Below, one piece after another: positions 30,134 to 39,726 of a stretch of DNA of 64,000 bases. The position numbers were made by a program, and so were the translations under genes. Under the pieces are notes generated by a model that was not told the origin of the DNA, ran no database searches, and was given only the letters and a program-made list of their open reading frames with translations. Position 1 is the first letter of the stretch; every line of letters begins with the position of its first letter. Source of the stretch: Patescibacteria group bacterium (lineage in GTDB: Bacteria > Patescibacteriota > Patescibacteriia > UBA9934 > GWF2-40-263); contig SCUM01000002.1 of assembly GCA_004297215.1 (NCBI GenBank), positions 70,270 through 134,269 of the forward strand. Reading direction: 5' to 3'.

Positions 30134-31318
30134 TCAGGCCCCTTTGCGAGGCGCGCGCGGATGCCCGGCCACCGGGAGGGAGAAGCACATGGTGGTGCCG
30201 TGCCCCGGACGGCTGGTGAACCACATCTGGCCGCCATGCGTGCCCACGATCGCGCGCGCGAGCGTGAGCCCGAGCCCTTTCCCGTCGACCCACACGTCGC
30301 GGGCGCGCTCCCCACGGAAGAACGGGCGGAAGACGCTGCGCGTTTCCGCGGCCGGGATGCCCATCCCCTGGTCGGACACGGAAACGACCACGCTATCCTT
30401 CACGCCATGGGGAATCGACCATTTCTTCACGGCCTCCGGCGACACCTTGGAACCCACCGCGATGGCGCGCACCGTGACCGTGCGCTTCTCCGGGGAGTAC
30501 TTCACGGTGTTGTCGATGAGCACGCCTAGCACCTGCTCGATGCGCTTGGGGTCGCCCAGCACCAGGGGAAGGCCTCCCGCGTCGGGGTGCCAGGCGAGCT
30601 TGAGGCTCTTGCGCCGCAGATCCACGGCCCAGGCCCCGGCAGCCGCGTCCACGATCGCGCCCACGTCGCAGGGCTGGGCGCGCATGTGCAGCGGGTCCTT
30701 GCGCAGCACGATGAAGGCGTCCTGCAGCTCGTCGGCGACGCTCGCGAGCTTCACGCTGGAGTACTCGAGCTTGTCGAGGAGCTCGCGCTGCCCTTCCGTG
30801 ACCTCCCCGCTCTCCTCGTTCTTGAGCGATTCCACGGTCCAACGGATGGCGTTCACGGGGGTGCGCAGCACGTGCGCCGTGTAGTACATGAAGTCCGACA
30901 GGATGCCGCCCGTCTCCGCGGCCTTGTCCCGGCAGAGGTCCGCCTCTTCCTCGACCGAGGCGCTCAAGGTGCGGATGCGCCAGCCGTACTCGGCGAGCGC
31001 TTCGGCGAGTTCGTGGGTCTCGCGCGTACGTGCCGCGAAGGAAGGGGGCGGGACGGGCGAAGGCGGCGTGGTCGCGTTCGCGTCCACGACCGCGCGCGAG
31101 AGCACGCGGATCTCGCGCGTGATCGCGCTCGACAGGTGCCAGGCGAACCCGAACACCAGCAGGCAGATGAGCGCCAAGAACGTGATGCCGACGGCCCATC
31201 CGTCGGACACGGCCATGACGAACGCGACGAGGACGACGAGGGCCAAGCCAAAAGCAAGAAAGGCCGAAAGGATCCTCCCCCGAATGCTCGGCAGTGGTGC
31301 CCGAGGCTTCTTGTTCAT
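30134..31318 (-). CDS. Sensor histidine kinase
   Basis: Two TM segments, AHVLRTP H-box, DN.VKYS, DQGMGI, GLGL. Confidence 0.93.
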   Translation of the reverse strand: MNKKPRAPLPSIRGRILSAFLAFGLALVVLVAFVMAVSDGWAVGITFLALICLLVFGFAWHLSSAITREIRVLSRAVVDANATTPPSPVPPPSFAARTRETHELAEALAEYGWRIRTLSASVEEEADLCRDKAAETGGILSDFMYYTAHVLRTPVNAIRWTVESLKNEESGEVTEGQRELLDKLEYSSVKLASVADELQDAFIVLRKDPLHMRAQPCDVGAIVDAAAGAWAVDLRRKSLKLAWHPDAGGLPLVLGDPKRIEQVLGVLIDNTVKYSPEKRTVTVRAIAVGSKVSPEAVKKWSIPHGVKDSVVVSVSDQGMGIPAAETRSVFRPFFRGERARDVWVDGKGLGLTLARAIVGTHGGQMWFTSRPGHGTTMCFSLPVAGHPRAPRKGA

Positions 31319-31347
31319 ATCCTCCTGTGCGCCTAGTATAGCACGAC

Positions 31348-32073
31348 ATGGTCGGTTTCCTCCTCATCGACAAGCCCGCCGGACCAACCAGCCACGACAT
31401 CGTGGACGCGGTTCGGCGCGTCACCGGTGAAAAACGGGTGGGGCATGCCGGCACGCTTGATCCGTTCGCGACAGGGCTGCTCATCGTCGGCGTCGGACGC
31501 GAGGCCACGCGCGAATTCCCGAAATTGGTCGGGCTCGACAAGACATACGAGGCCACGATGGTGCTGGGCGCGACGAGCGACACGCAGGACCGGACGGGAC
31601 GCATCGAGCCGACAGTCTTCGACTCCGAGGTCGCTCAGACTCGAGGAGCCGTCAGCCGTCAGCCGTCAGCGGACGAGCTGCGGGACGCGTTCATGCGCTT
31701 CACGGGCACGATCCGACAGACGCCGCCGATGTATTCCGCGAAAAAGGTCGGCGGACGAAAACTCTATGAACTGGCTCGTCAGGGCATCGAGGTCGCTCGC
31801 GAGCCTGTCGACGTCATCGTCCACGCGCTCGAACTCCTCTCCCATGACCCGCCGCGCGCCACGATCCGAGTCTCCTGCTCGAGCGGAACCTATATCCGTA
31901 CGCTCGCCCATGACATAGGCCAGGCGTTGGGGTGCGGCGCGTATCTCGAGACCCTCCGACGCACGAAGATCGGCCCATTCGACCTTTCGTCATCCGTTCC
32001 CCTTGCCACGCTCACCAAAGACGCCGTCTCCGCGCATCTTCAACCCGTTTCGACCATTCTCAGCCATATTTAG
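31348..32073 (+). CDS. truB: tRNA pseudouridine(55) synthase
   Basis: GHAGTLDPFATG, PPMYSA, SGTYIRTL. Confidence 0.97.
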   Translation: MVGFLLIDKPAGPTSHDIVDAVRRVTGEKRVGHAGTLDPFATGLLIVGVGREATREFPKLVGLDKTYEATMVLGATSDTQDRTGRIEPTVFDSEVAQTRGAVSRQPSADELRDAFMRFTGTIRQTPPMYSAKKVGGRKLYELARQGIEVAREPVDVIVHALELLSHDPPRATIRVSCSSGTYIRTLAHDIGQALGCGAYLETLRRTKIGPFDLSSSVPLATLTKDAVSAHLQPVSTILSHI

Positions 32074-32323
32074 GCCATTCGGCCCCTTCTCCCCCTTCAG
32101 CCCCTTTCCACCCTCCCCGCTCCCTGCTACATTAGGGCTGTAACTCATGTCAGCGAATCCGAGCGGCGCGATGAGCGCGAGCGACTGGGTACGATTGGTT
32201 CCGATTTTCCCTGTGACTTCATCCAAAAAGACCGTTTCACGTCTGTTGGACTAGCCACAAACCCCGCCTGCGGCGGGGGTCGTTCGAATGTCCGTCGCGT
32301 TTCTCGGAGAGAGAAACGCCTTT

Positions 32324-33877
32324 ATGGTATTCATCTACGCGATCGCGGCCGCGCTCCTCGGGGCCGCCGCCGGATACGGCGCCCGGCAGGTGCTGGGCAA
32401 GCGTACCCAGGACAGCGCCGAGGCCAAGGCAGAGAGGATCCTTTCCGAGGCGAAGTCGAAGGCCGCCGAACTCGAAAGCAAGGCGAAGCAGCAGCAGGGC
32501 GAGATCCTGCTGGAGGCCAAGAACCAGTCGCTCAAGCTGGTGGAAGACGCCAAGCGCACCGAAGCGGAGATCCGCAAGGACCTCACGGAGACGCAGCGCC
32601 GATTGGAAAAGCGCGAGACGATGTTCGACCAGAAGCTCCTCGAGCTCGAGGACAAGAAGGCCGGGCTCGAGACGCAGGAGAAGGACGTAGCCGCGGTCAA
32701 GGAAAGCGTGCTGAGGATCAAGGAGGAAGAGACCGTCCGGCTGCAGGCGATCGCCTCGCTCACCAAGGAAGAGGCGCTCGCGCGGCTCATGGGCAACGTG
32801 GAACATGACCAGAAGGAAGCGCTCATGGCGCGCATCCGCAAGCTCGAGCAGGAAGGCGAGGAGGAGCTCGAACGCAAGAGCCGCAACGTGCTCGCGCTCG
32901 CCATGTCGCGCTTCGCCTCGAGCGTCTCCGTGGACGGCACCACCAGCTCGGTGGAGATCCCGAGCGACGACATGAAGGGCCGCATCATCGGCAAGGAAGG
33001 GCGCAACATCAAGGCGATCGAGCACCTCACCGGCACGGAAATCATCGTGGACGACACCCCCAACGCCATCACCGTGAGCGGCTTCTCCCCGATCCGCCGC
33101 CAGGTGGCCAAACGCGCCATCGAGGCGCTCGTGAAGGACGGCCGCATCCAGCCGGCCCGCATCGAGGAGGCGGTGAACGAGGCCAAGAAGAACCTGGCGA
33201 GCGACCTCAAGAAGGCCGGCGAGGAGGCGCTCTACGCGCTCGGCATCCCGGTGTCGTCCATCGATCCCAAGCTGATCTCGATCCTCGGGCGCATGAAATA
33301 CCGCACGAGTTACGGCCAGAATGCGCTCCAGCACTCGATCGAGGTGGGCCAGATCTCGGCCATGATCGCCGAAGAACTGGGCGCCGACGTGTTCACGTGC
33401 AAGAAGGGCGGATTGTTCCACGACATCGGCAAGGCCGTGGACCACGACATGCAGGGCGCGCACCCGGAGATCGGGTACAACATCATGAAGAAGTTCGGGT
33501 TCACGGAGGAGCTCGCCTATCAGTCGATCGCCCACCACGAGGACCGCCCGCGCACGATCGAGGGCGCCATCGTGAAAGCCGCCGACGCCATTTCCGGCGC
33601 CCGCCCCGGCGCGCGCAAGCAAAGCATCGAGCAGTTCATCCAGCGCATGGAGCAGCTCGAAGCCACCGCCACCAACTTCGACGGGGTCGAGAAGGCCTAC
33701 GCCATCCAGGCCGGCCGCGAGGTGCGCGTGTTCATCAAGCCGGAAACCATCGACGACCTCGGCGCCTACAAGCTCGCCCGCGACATCGCCAACAAGATCG
33801 AAGCCGAGCTGTCGTATCCTGGCGAAGTGAAGGTCACGGTGATCCGCGAGACGCGCGTGATAGAATTCGCGAAATGA
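32324..33877 (+). CDS. rny: Ribonuclease Y
   Basis: N-terminal TM, coiled coil, KH (KGRIIGKEGRNI), HD (HDIGK), SGARPGAR. Confidence 0.98.
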   Translation: MVFIYAIAAALLGAAAGYGARQVLGKRTQDSAEAKAERILSEAKSKAAELESKAKQQQGEILLEAKNQSLKLVEDAKRTEAEIRKDLTETQRRLEKRETMFDQKLLELEDKKAGLETQEKDVAAVKESVLRIKEEETVRLQAIASLTKEEALARLMGNVEHDQKEALMARIRKLEQEGEEELERKSRNVLALAMSRFASSVSVDGTTSSVEIPSDDMKGRIIGKEGRNIKAIEHLTGTEIIVDDTPNAITVSGFSPIRRQVAKRAIEALVKDGRIQPARIEEAVNEAKKNLASDLKKAGEEALYALGIPVSSIDPKLISILGRMKYRTSYGQNALQHSIEVGQISAMIAEELGADVFTCKKGGLFHDIGKAVDHDMQGAHPEIGYNIMKKFGFTEELAYQSIAHHEDRPRTIEGAIVKAADAISGARPGARKQSIEQFIQRMEQLEATATNFDGVEKAYAIQAGREVRVFIKPETIDDLGAYKLARDIANKIEAELSYPGEVKVTVIRETRVIEFAK

Positions 33878-33930
33878 TTCGGCCTAAGGCCGAATCACCC
33901 TGAGCGCCATCAGGCGCGAAGGGTCTCGTG
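33875..33930 (+). repeat. 56-bp composite palindromic element beginning at rny stop codon
   Basis: TGATTCGGCCTAAGGCCGAATCA-CCCTGAG-CGCC-ATCA-GGCG-CGAAGGGTCTCGTG. Confidence 0.85.
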
Positions 33931-33940
33931 CAAGAACATA

Positions 33941-33964
33941 AAGACGGCCCGCGAGGGCCGTCTT
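33941..33964. terminator. Terminator hairpin between convergent rny and HU gene
   Basis: AAGACGGCCC-GCGA-GGGCCGTCTT. Confidence 0.75.
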
Positions 33965-33979
33965 CTTGATGCTCATGGA

Positions 33980-34276
33980 CTAGCTCCCCGGCTGGCGCTT
34001 GCCCTTCAAGGCGTCCTTGAGCGCCTTGCCGGCCTTGAACTTGGGGACGATGACCGACGGAATCTGGATCTTCTCGGTGGGCTTTTGCGGGTTGACCCCC
34101 ATGCGGCCGGCGCGTTCGCGGGCCGAGAAGGTGCCGAATCCGGCGATGGTCACTTCCCCTTTCTCGACGAGCGTCCGGGTGACGATCTCCTCGAACGAGG
34201 CGATGAAATCCTCTCCCAGCTTCTTCGCGATTCCGAGCTTATCCGCGATCCTGCCGGCCAATTCCGCTTTGTTCAT
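33980..34276 (-). CDS. hup: DNA-binding protein HU
   Basis: MNKAEL, GFGTF, GVNP, PKFKAGKALKD. Confidence 0.96.
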   Translation of the reverse strand: MNKAELAGRIADKLGIAKKLGEDFIASFEEIVTRTLVEKGEVTIAGFGTFSARERAGRMGVNPQKPTEKIQIPSVIVPKFKAGKALKDALKGKRQPGS

Positions 34277-34355
34277 AGTCAGTGGATTGATGTCTTTGCC
34301 GTAAGCATAGCCACGAAACGCCTGTCGCGCAAGCCCGGTAGCTGCCGGGCAAGCC

Positions 34356-34865
34356 CTACGGCCGATACGCGCGGAAGGTCTCAAGGATGGGCGAAAACGC
34401 CTCGCCCTGCGTGAGGAACACCGAGACGATGATCGTCTTCCCGTCCCGGTCGAAGAGATAATGCGCCTTTTCTTCCCCGGACTCGGTGGTGCTCACGACC
34501 TTGGTCATCCGGATTCCCCCGCGCTTCTCGCTCTCGCGCGACGTGACCGCGATGCCCGCGCCGCTCCCCGTAAGCGCGGCCGCGAACGCGTCATCGGTGA
34601 GCCCGGGAACGGCGTAGAACGCGGCGATGTTGAGCGGTTTGGCTTCCTTCACGGTGTCGCGCAGCGTGGCGAAGAAATCCACGTCCAGGCCGAGGTACTG
34701 CGTCTCACGTACGTCATCGGGCCTCGTGCGCACTTCCATGTCGGACGGGTAATTGAACGCGAACCCGTACTCGGCGTTCTCGTATGCGGTCCCTTCGAAG
34801 GACGGCGCGAAACATCCGGCACCGGCAAGGACGATGAGCGAGAGGATGGGAAGAAGACGTTTCAT
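34356..34865 (-). CDS. Putative lipoprotein
   Basis: Signal peptide ending LAGAGC; YGFAFNYP motif. Confidence 0.8.
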   Translation of the reverse strand: MKRLLPILSLIVLAGAGCFAPSFEGTAYENAEYGFAFNYPSDMEVRTRPDDVRETQYLGLDVDFFATLRDTVKEAKPLNIAAFYAVPGLTDDAFAAALTGSGAGIAVTSRESEKRGGIRMTKVVSTTESGEEKAHYLFDRDGKTIIVSVFLTQGEAFSPILETFRAYRP

Positions 34866-34866
34866 A

Positions 34867-36144
34867 TCAGGAATTCATGAACGTTCGCACGTCCTCCAAG
34901 ACGTCCTCGGACTTCACGAGTCGCGACGCGCTCTCCTGTCGCACTTTCCACTCCACGGCTCCTTCCGCGGAGGTCTTCGGCGAAAGCACGAGGCGCAGCG
35001 GGCAGCCGATGAGGTCGGCGTCCGCGAATTTTTCTCCGGCCGAGGCGTTCGTCCGATCGTCCCAAAGCACGTCCGCGCCGGCGGCCTCCAGTTCCGCGAC
35101 CAGCCCTTCGGCCGCGGCGACCAGCTTCTCCTGCTCGGCCGGATCCTTGGCCGGGAGCGACACGAGGTGCACCAGGTACGGGGCGATCTCCTTGGGCCAC
35201 AGGATCCCCTTGCCATCATTGTGCACTTCAACCGCCGCGCCCATCACGCGGCTGGGCCCGATGCCGTAGCAGCCCATGAGCACGCGCACCGGCTTCCCTT
35301 CTTCGCCCGTGACGTCAAACGCGAACGCGTCGGTAAAGCGCGTCTTGAGTTGGAAGATGTTCCCTACCTCGATCGCCTTGACCTCCCTCACCTGGCCGCC
35401 GCAGCCGGGCGGGCAGGCATCGCCGTTTTTGAGCTGGCAGATCTCCTTATTCTGCGCCCAGTCGCACTTCACGCAAGAATACACCGTGTCCTCGCCGGCC
35501 TCCGTAGGCACCTGGAACTCGTGGCTATACTTGGAAAACGCGCCGCCCGAAGCCTCAACCATGAGGGCGTCGAGCCCGCAACGCTTGAACGCGCGCTTAT
35601 ACGCCTGTGCCGCCTTGGCGTAGAACGCCTCGAGGTCCGCTTCCGTGAGGTGGAAGCTGTACAGGTCCTTCATCGAAAATTCGCGGCCGCGCAGCAGGCC
35701 GGACTTCGCGCGCGGCTCGTTCCTGAACTTGTCCTGGATCTGGAACACGGAAAGCGGGAGGTCGCGATAGCTCTTCACGTATCTCTGCACGAGCGGGGTG
35801 ACGACCTCCTCATGCGTCCAGCCGAGGCCGAACGCCTTGTCGCCGCGCCCTTCGAATTGGAACATCACCTCTTTCCCCGGATCTTCCCAGCGGCCGGTCA
35901 CCTTCCACGGTTCCGCAGGCTGAAGCGCCGGCATGAGGATCTCATTCGCCCCGAGCGCGAGCATCTCCTCCCGGATGATCCCTTTCACCTTGTCGAGCAC
36001 CCGCAAGCCGAGCGGCAGGTAGGTATAGATGCCCGAGGCGAGCTGGTCCACGAACCCGCCCTGCACGAGCAGTTTGGCGTTCGCGCTGTCCGCGTCGTGC
36101 GGGGCGTTCTTGTTGGTTTTTCCGAACAGATGTGAGTACCTCAT
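34867..36144 (-). CDS. proS: Proline--tRNA ligase (short form lacking the INS editing domain)
   Basis: THEE, KFRNEPR, GLLRGREF, EVGNIF, GCYGIG. Confidence 0.96.
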   Translation of the reverse strand: MRYSHLFGKTNKNAPHDADSANAKLLVQGGFVDQLASGIYTYLPLGLRVLDKVKGIIREEMLALGANEILMPALQPAEPWKVTGRWEDPGKEVMFQFEGRGDKAFGLGWTHEEVVTPLVQRYVKSYRDLPLSVFQIQDKFRNEPRAKSGLLRGREFSMKDLYSFHLTEADLEAFYAKAAQAYKRAFKRCGLDALMVEASGGAFSKYSHEFQVPTEAGEDTVYSCVKCDWAQNKEICQLKNGDACPPGCGGQVREVKAIEVGNIFQLKTRFTDAFAFDVTGEEGKPVRVLMGCYGIGPSRVMGAAVEVHNDGKGILWPKEIAPYLVHLVSLPAKDPAEQEKLVAAAEGLVAELEAAGADVLWDDRTNASAGEKFADADLIGCPLRLVLSPKTSAEGAVEWKVRQESASRLVKSEDVLEDVRTFMNS

Positions 36145-36193
36145 ATACGCCGCGCAATGTAGCAATAAAAGACGGCGGGAGCAACCCACCGTG

Positions 36194-36781
36194 TCATTCG
36201 CCCTCTTCTTCGGACCAACGGGCCATGTCCGTGAGGGTCGACAGCCCGCACGCCTCCTCGATGTCCGCCCGGATCATCAGTTCGAGGTCGGTCCATGCGT
36301 CGGCCGTCCGCACCTCGGGACCGAGTTCCGGCACCGGCTTGCCTTCGGCAAGATACTTCATCTGCGCGTCGAGCGCCGGACGGAACAGATAGAGGTACAA
36401 TTCGCGCTTTCGCGGCATCGCGAGGAGCACCTCGCGGCGGTCATCCACGATGTGCGTCGCGCGCAAGACCTTGCACCACCAGCGTTTGTCATGACGCGAT
36501 CCGCAGAACTTGACGTTCGACCACGGGATGCCGGTGCGTCCCTCGAAATTCCGCGCCCGTAACCATCGGGTGCGCCGCCCGGTCGCTTCCGAGCCGCCGG
36601 AAGAGAGCATGTAAATGGTGATGCCCATGTCGGCGAGCTCGCGCAGCGCCTCGAACGCATGGGTCACCTCGGGCAGCTCCGGATCGCCGCGGGAGTACCG
36701 CATTCCTCTCAAGTCGGTCGCGTACTTGTCGATGACGACGCCCCCGAGGTCAACCACGAGGACGATCTGCTTGCGCAGCAT
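36194..36781 (-). CDS. HAD-like hypothetical protein
   Basis: VDLGGVV, K..WC..L..THIVDDR; GGAGGA SD. Confidence 0.7.
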   Translation of the reverse strand: MLRKQIVLVVDLGGVVIDKYATDLRGMRYSRGDPELPEVTHAFEALRELADMGITIYMLSSGGSEATGRRTRWLRARNFEGRTGIPWSNVKFCGSRHDKRWWCKVLRATHIVDDRREVLLAMPRKRELYLYLFRPALDAQMKYLAEGKPVPELGPEVRTADAWTDLELMIRADIEEACGLSTLTDMARWSEEEGE

Positions 36782-36888
36782 GGTTCCTCCGTGGAAACAG
36801 GTGGGGGACCCTCAAACCCTGTCGGAAAAAGCGCGACCTGTCAAGGGATGGGGACAGCGCAAAACACCCCCGGGGCGGGAGTGTTTCA

Positions 36889-36964
36889 TGGTGCATCGGG
36901 TGGGACTCGAACCCACGACCAAGGGATTAAGAGTCCCCTGCTCTACCAGCTGAGCTACCGATGC
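36889..36964 (-). tRNA. tRNA-Lys(CTT)
   Basis: 76-nt cloverleaf, loop CT-CTT-AA, CCA end. Confidence 0.97.
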
Positions 36965-36979
36965 AAAAAGAATGTCGGA

Positions 36980-37023
36980 AGTATGCCAAGACGATTGACG
37001 TGAGTCAAGAAATCGGGTATATT
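36980..37023. promoter_or_regulatory. Overlapping divergent sigma70 promoters for the two tRNAs
   Basis: +: TTGACG-17-TATATT; -: TTGACT-17-CATACT. Confidence 0.7.
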
Positions 37024-37034
37024 CCTGCCCTGAC

Positions 37035-37111
37035 GCGGGCGTAGCTCATTTGGATAGAGCGCCTGGCTTCGAACCAGGAGGCAGGGGGTTCAAATCCCTC
37101 CGCCCGCACCA
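37035..37111 (+). tRNA. tRNA-Arg(TCG)
   Basis: Cloverleaf, CCTGG-CTTCGAA-CCAGG, CCA end. Confidence 0.97.
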
Positions 37112-37173
37112 GAAAATCCATCGCTTCGCGCGATGGTTTTTCTTTGTCCCAAGTGCTACCATCCCGGCACCAT

Positions 37174-37725
37174 ATGTCCCTCTTTTCCTTCCTGAAATCC
37201 CTCATCCGTGACCCGCGCACCGTGGGGACGCTCTCCCCTGCCTCTCCCTTCACGGCGCGTCGCGTGGCCGATGCCATTCCTGCGGGAACGAAGAGCGTGC
37301 TCGAGCTGGGAGCCGGCGACGGCGCGCTCACGCGCGAATTGCTCAAGCGGCTCCCCTCGGACGGACGCGTGTACGCGGTGGAGGTGAAACCCGAGTTCGC
37401 CCGCGCGCTCGAGGCGATCGGCGACCCGCGGCTCGTGGTGTTCGAGGGCGATGCGCTCGACGTGCGTGCGGATGCGGCCAGGCACGGGGTGACCTCCTTC
37501 GACGCGGTGGTGAGCAGCCTCCCGTTCGCCCTTTTCGCCGAAGGGGCGCGCGACCGGATCATCGCCGACGTCCATGCGATGCTCGGCAGCGGCGGGACGT
37601 TCATCGTGTGCCAGCACCTCCCCACCTTGCTGCCCGCACTCAAGAAGCACTTCTCGGTGGACACTTCCTTCGAGCCCCTCAACCTCCCGCCCTACTTCAT
37701 CATCAAGGCCACGCATCAGGACTGA
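37174..37725 (+). CDS. SAM-dependent methyltransferase (phospholipid N-methyltransferase-like)
   Basis: VGTLSPAS, VLELGAGDG, VVSSLPF, NLPP. Confidence 0.88.
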   Translation: MSLFSFLKSLIRDPRTVGTLSPASPFTARRVADAIPAGTKSVLELGAGDGALTRELLKRLPSDGRVYAVEVKPEFARALEAIGDPRLVVFEGDALDVRADAARHGVTSFDAVVSSLPFALFAEGARDRIIADVHAMLGSGGTFIVCQHLPTLLPALKKHFSVDTSFEPLNLPPYFIIKATHQD

Positions 37726-37772
37726 ACGGAAACGAAGACCGCCCGGAAGGGCGGTCTTTCGGTCGCGACGGC

Positions 37773-38228
37773 TTAGCGGGTGAGGCTGATGGTCGCGGAG
37801 AGCTCCGCGCCCGGGGCCGCGATGGTGATGCGGTCAGAGGCGTCCTCCGAGATGTCGTACCCGGTGTCGTAATCGGTCTCGCTGGTCCAGTGCGCGCCCG
37901 TGGCCGACGGGTCGTACGGCATGGTGGACATGTACTCCGTGACCAGGCACGGGGCGATGTCATAGTTCCCGACGCCATTGGCCATGTTCGTGGCCGTGGC
38001 CGGAATCGCGCCGGCGGCGCAGGTGAACACGCCGTTGTTCTCGGCCATGTTCGCGCTGATGGCGTTGCTGATCACGGTGACGTGCGCATACCGGGTGGAA
38101 TTGCGGGCGTTCGCGAACTGGCGGCCCGGGTTGAGGGCGGCGAGCGCGATGCCCACGAGGATGGCGATGAGCGCCATCACGATGAGGAGTTCAAGGAGCG
38201 TGAACCCCTTCTGCGAGGAACGTGTCAT
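37773..38228 (-). CDS. Type IV major pilin-like protein
   Basis: KGFTLLELLIVMALIAIL prepilin motif. Confidence 0.92.
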   Translation of the reverse strand: MTRSSQKGFTLLELLIVMALIAILVGIALAALNPGRQFANARNSTRYAHVTVISNAISANMAENNGVFTCAAGAIPATATNMANGVGNYDIAPCLVTEYMSTMPYDPSATGAHWTSETDYDTGYDISEDASDRITIAAPGAELSATISLTR

Positions 38229-38297
38229 ACGGAAATCCAATTGGTTGGATTGATGAATAATTGTCCACATGATACCGCGAACATAATCTTCAGACAA

Positions 38298-38356
38298 CTC
38301 CGACGCTCCGGTGAGCCGGAGGTCGGAGTCCGACCCGCCAACAGGCGGCGTCGGAC
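38298..38356. repeat. CCGAC/GTCGG double-hairpin element (same family as the tRNA-Pro inserts)
   Basis: CTCCGAC-GC-hairpin-GTCGGAG-TCCGAC-hairpin-GC-GTCGGA. Confidence 0.8.
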
Positions 38357-38421
38357 CTGTCAATCCACAGGCCGAACGGCTATACTGTACGCGACCGGCC
38401 GCAACGGACGGAGGATCCGTT

Positions 38422-39723
38422 ATGCCAACCAGACTGAAACGCAAGCCAACCGCCGCCGAGGGGGATTCCGACGCGTCTTTCGAGTCCGTCGTGAAGGAGT
38501 CCGTCAAGCAATCGCAGCGCCTGCCGGACCTCAAGGGCCTGGAACGTTTGGCGTCGGCCTCGGCGCGCGACCTGGTGGACGGCATGGTGGCGTACGCCTA
38601 CCGTTCCGGTACCTCCGACATCCATGTGGACCCGTCCGAGACCACCGTGGTCATCCGCTTCCGCATCGACGGGATCCTCCACGACGCGCTCGCGATCCCG
38701 AAGAAGATGCACGCCATGGTGGTGACCCGCATCAAGGTGATGTCCGAGCTGCGCACCGACGAACACCAGACCCCGCAGGACGGGCGCTTCCGCGTGATCA
38801 TGGAATCGACCCCGGTGGACCTGCGCGTGTCCATCGTCCCCACCTTCTACGGCGAGAACGTGGTGATGCGCCTCCTCGTGGGCCAAGCTCGCGCGCTCGC
38901 GCTCGAGGAGCTCGGGTTCGGCGCGGCCGACCTCCCCAAGATCGAGGACAACATGCGGAAGTCGTACGGGATGATCCTCGCCACCGGCCCGACCGGATCG
39001 GGCAAGACCACCACCTTATATTCCATCCTGCGGATGCTCAACGCCCGCGAGCGCTCCATCATCACCATCGAGGACCCCATCGAGTACGCCATTCCCGGCC
39101 TCACGCAGATCCAGGCCAACCCGCAGGCCAACCTCACCTTCGCCAACGGGCTGCGGTCCATCGTGCGCCAGGACCCCAACATCATCATGGTGGGCGAGAT
39201 CCGCGACGAGGAGACCGCCGGCATCGCCACCAACGCGGCCATGACCGGCCACCTCCTGCTCTCCACGCTGCACACCAACGACGCGGCGGTCACCCTCCCG
39301 CGCCTGCTCGACATGGGGATCGAGCCGTTCCTCATCGCTTCCACCGTGAACATCGCCATCGGGCAGCGCCTCATCCGCCGCCTGTGCCCGGGGTGCGCCA
39401 CCACGCGCAAGCTCACGGCGCTCGAGCGCCAGAGCCTCAAGGGGCTGGTGCCCGCCGACGTGCTTTCCGAGTTCAAGGAGTTCGCCGAGCCCAAGGGCTG
39501 CGAGAAATGCAACAAGACCGGGTACGCCGGCCGTATCGGCATCTACGAGGTGCTCGAGGTCACCGAGCGGGTGCGTCACGCCATCATGCGCCGCGAGAAC
39601 GCGGACGGCATCCGCAAGGTGGCCATGGACGAGGGGATGACCACCATGCTCGCCGACGGCCTGCGCAAGGCCGGCACCGGCGCCACCTCCATCGCCGAGG
39701 TGCTGCGCGTGATCCACGAATAA
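38422..39723 (+). CDS. pilB: PilB/GspE-family assembly ATPase (short N-terminus)
   Basis: SDIH, PQDGR, GPTGSGKTT, RQDPN, LHTND, CxxC pairs. Confidence 0.93.
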   Translation: MPTRLKRKPTAAEGDSDASFESVVKESVKQSQRLPDLKGLERLASASARDLVDGMVAYAYRSGTSDIHVDPSETTVVIRFRIDGILHDALAIPKKMHAMVVTRIKVMSELRTDEHQTPQDGRFRVIMESTPVDLRVSIVPTFYGENVVMRLLVGQARALALEELGFGAADLPKIEDNMRKSYGMILATGPTGSGKTTTLYSILRMLNARERSIITIEDPIEYAIPGLTQIQANPQANLTFANGLRSIVRQDPNIIMVGEIRDEETAGIATNAAMTGHLLLSTLHTNDAAVTLPRLLDMGIEPFLIASTVNIAIGQRLIRRLCPGCATTRKLTALERQSLKGLVPADVLSEFKEFAEPKGCEKCNKTGYAGRIGIYEVLEVTERVRHAIMRRENADGIRKVAMDEGMTTMLADGLRKAGTGATSIAEVLRVIHE

Positions 39724-39726
39724 GCT

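Noticed and set aside
32135-32323. 6S RNA upstream of rny
   Set aside because: Folds as local hairpins rather than a rod; 15613-15773 fits better.
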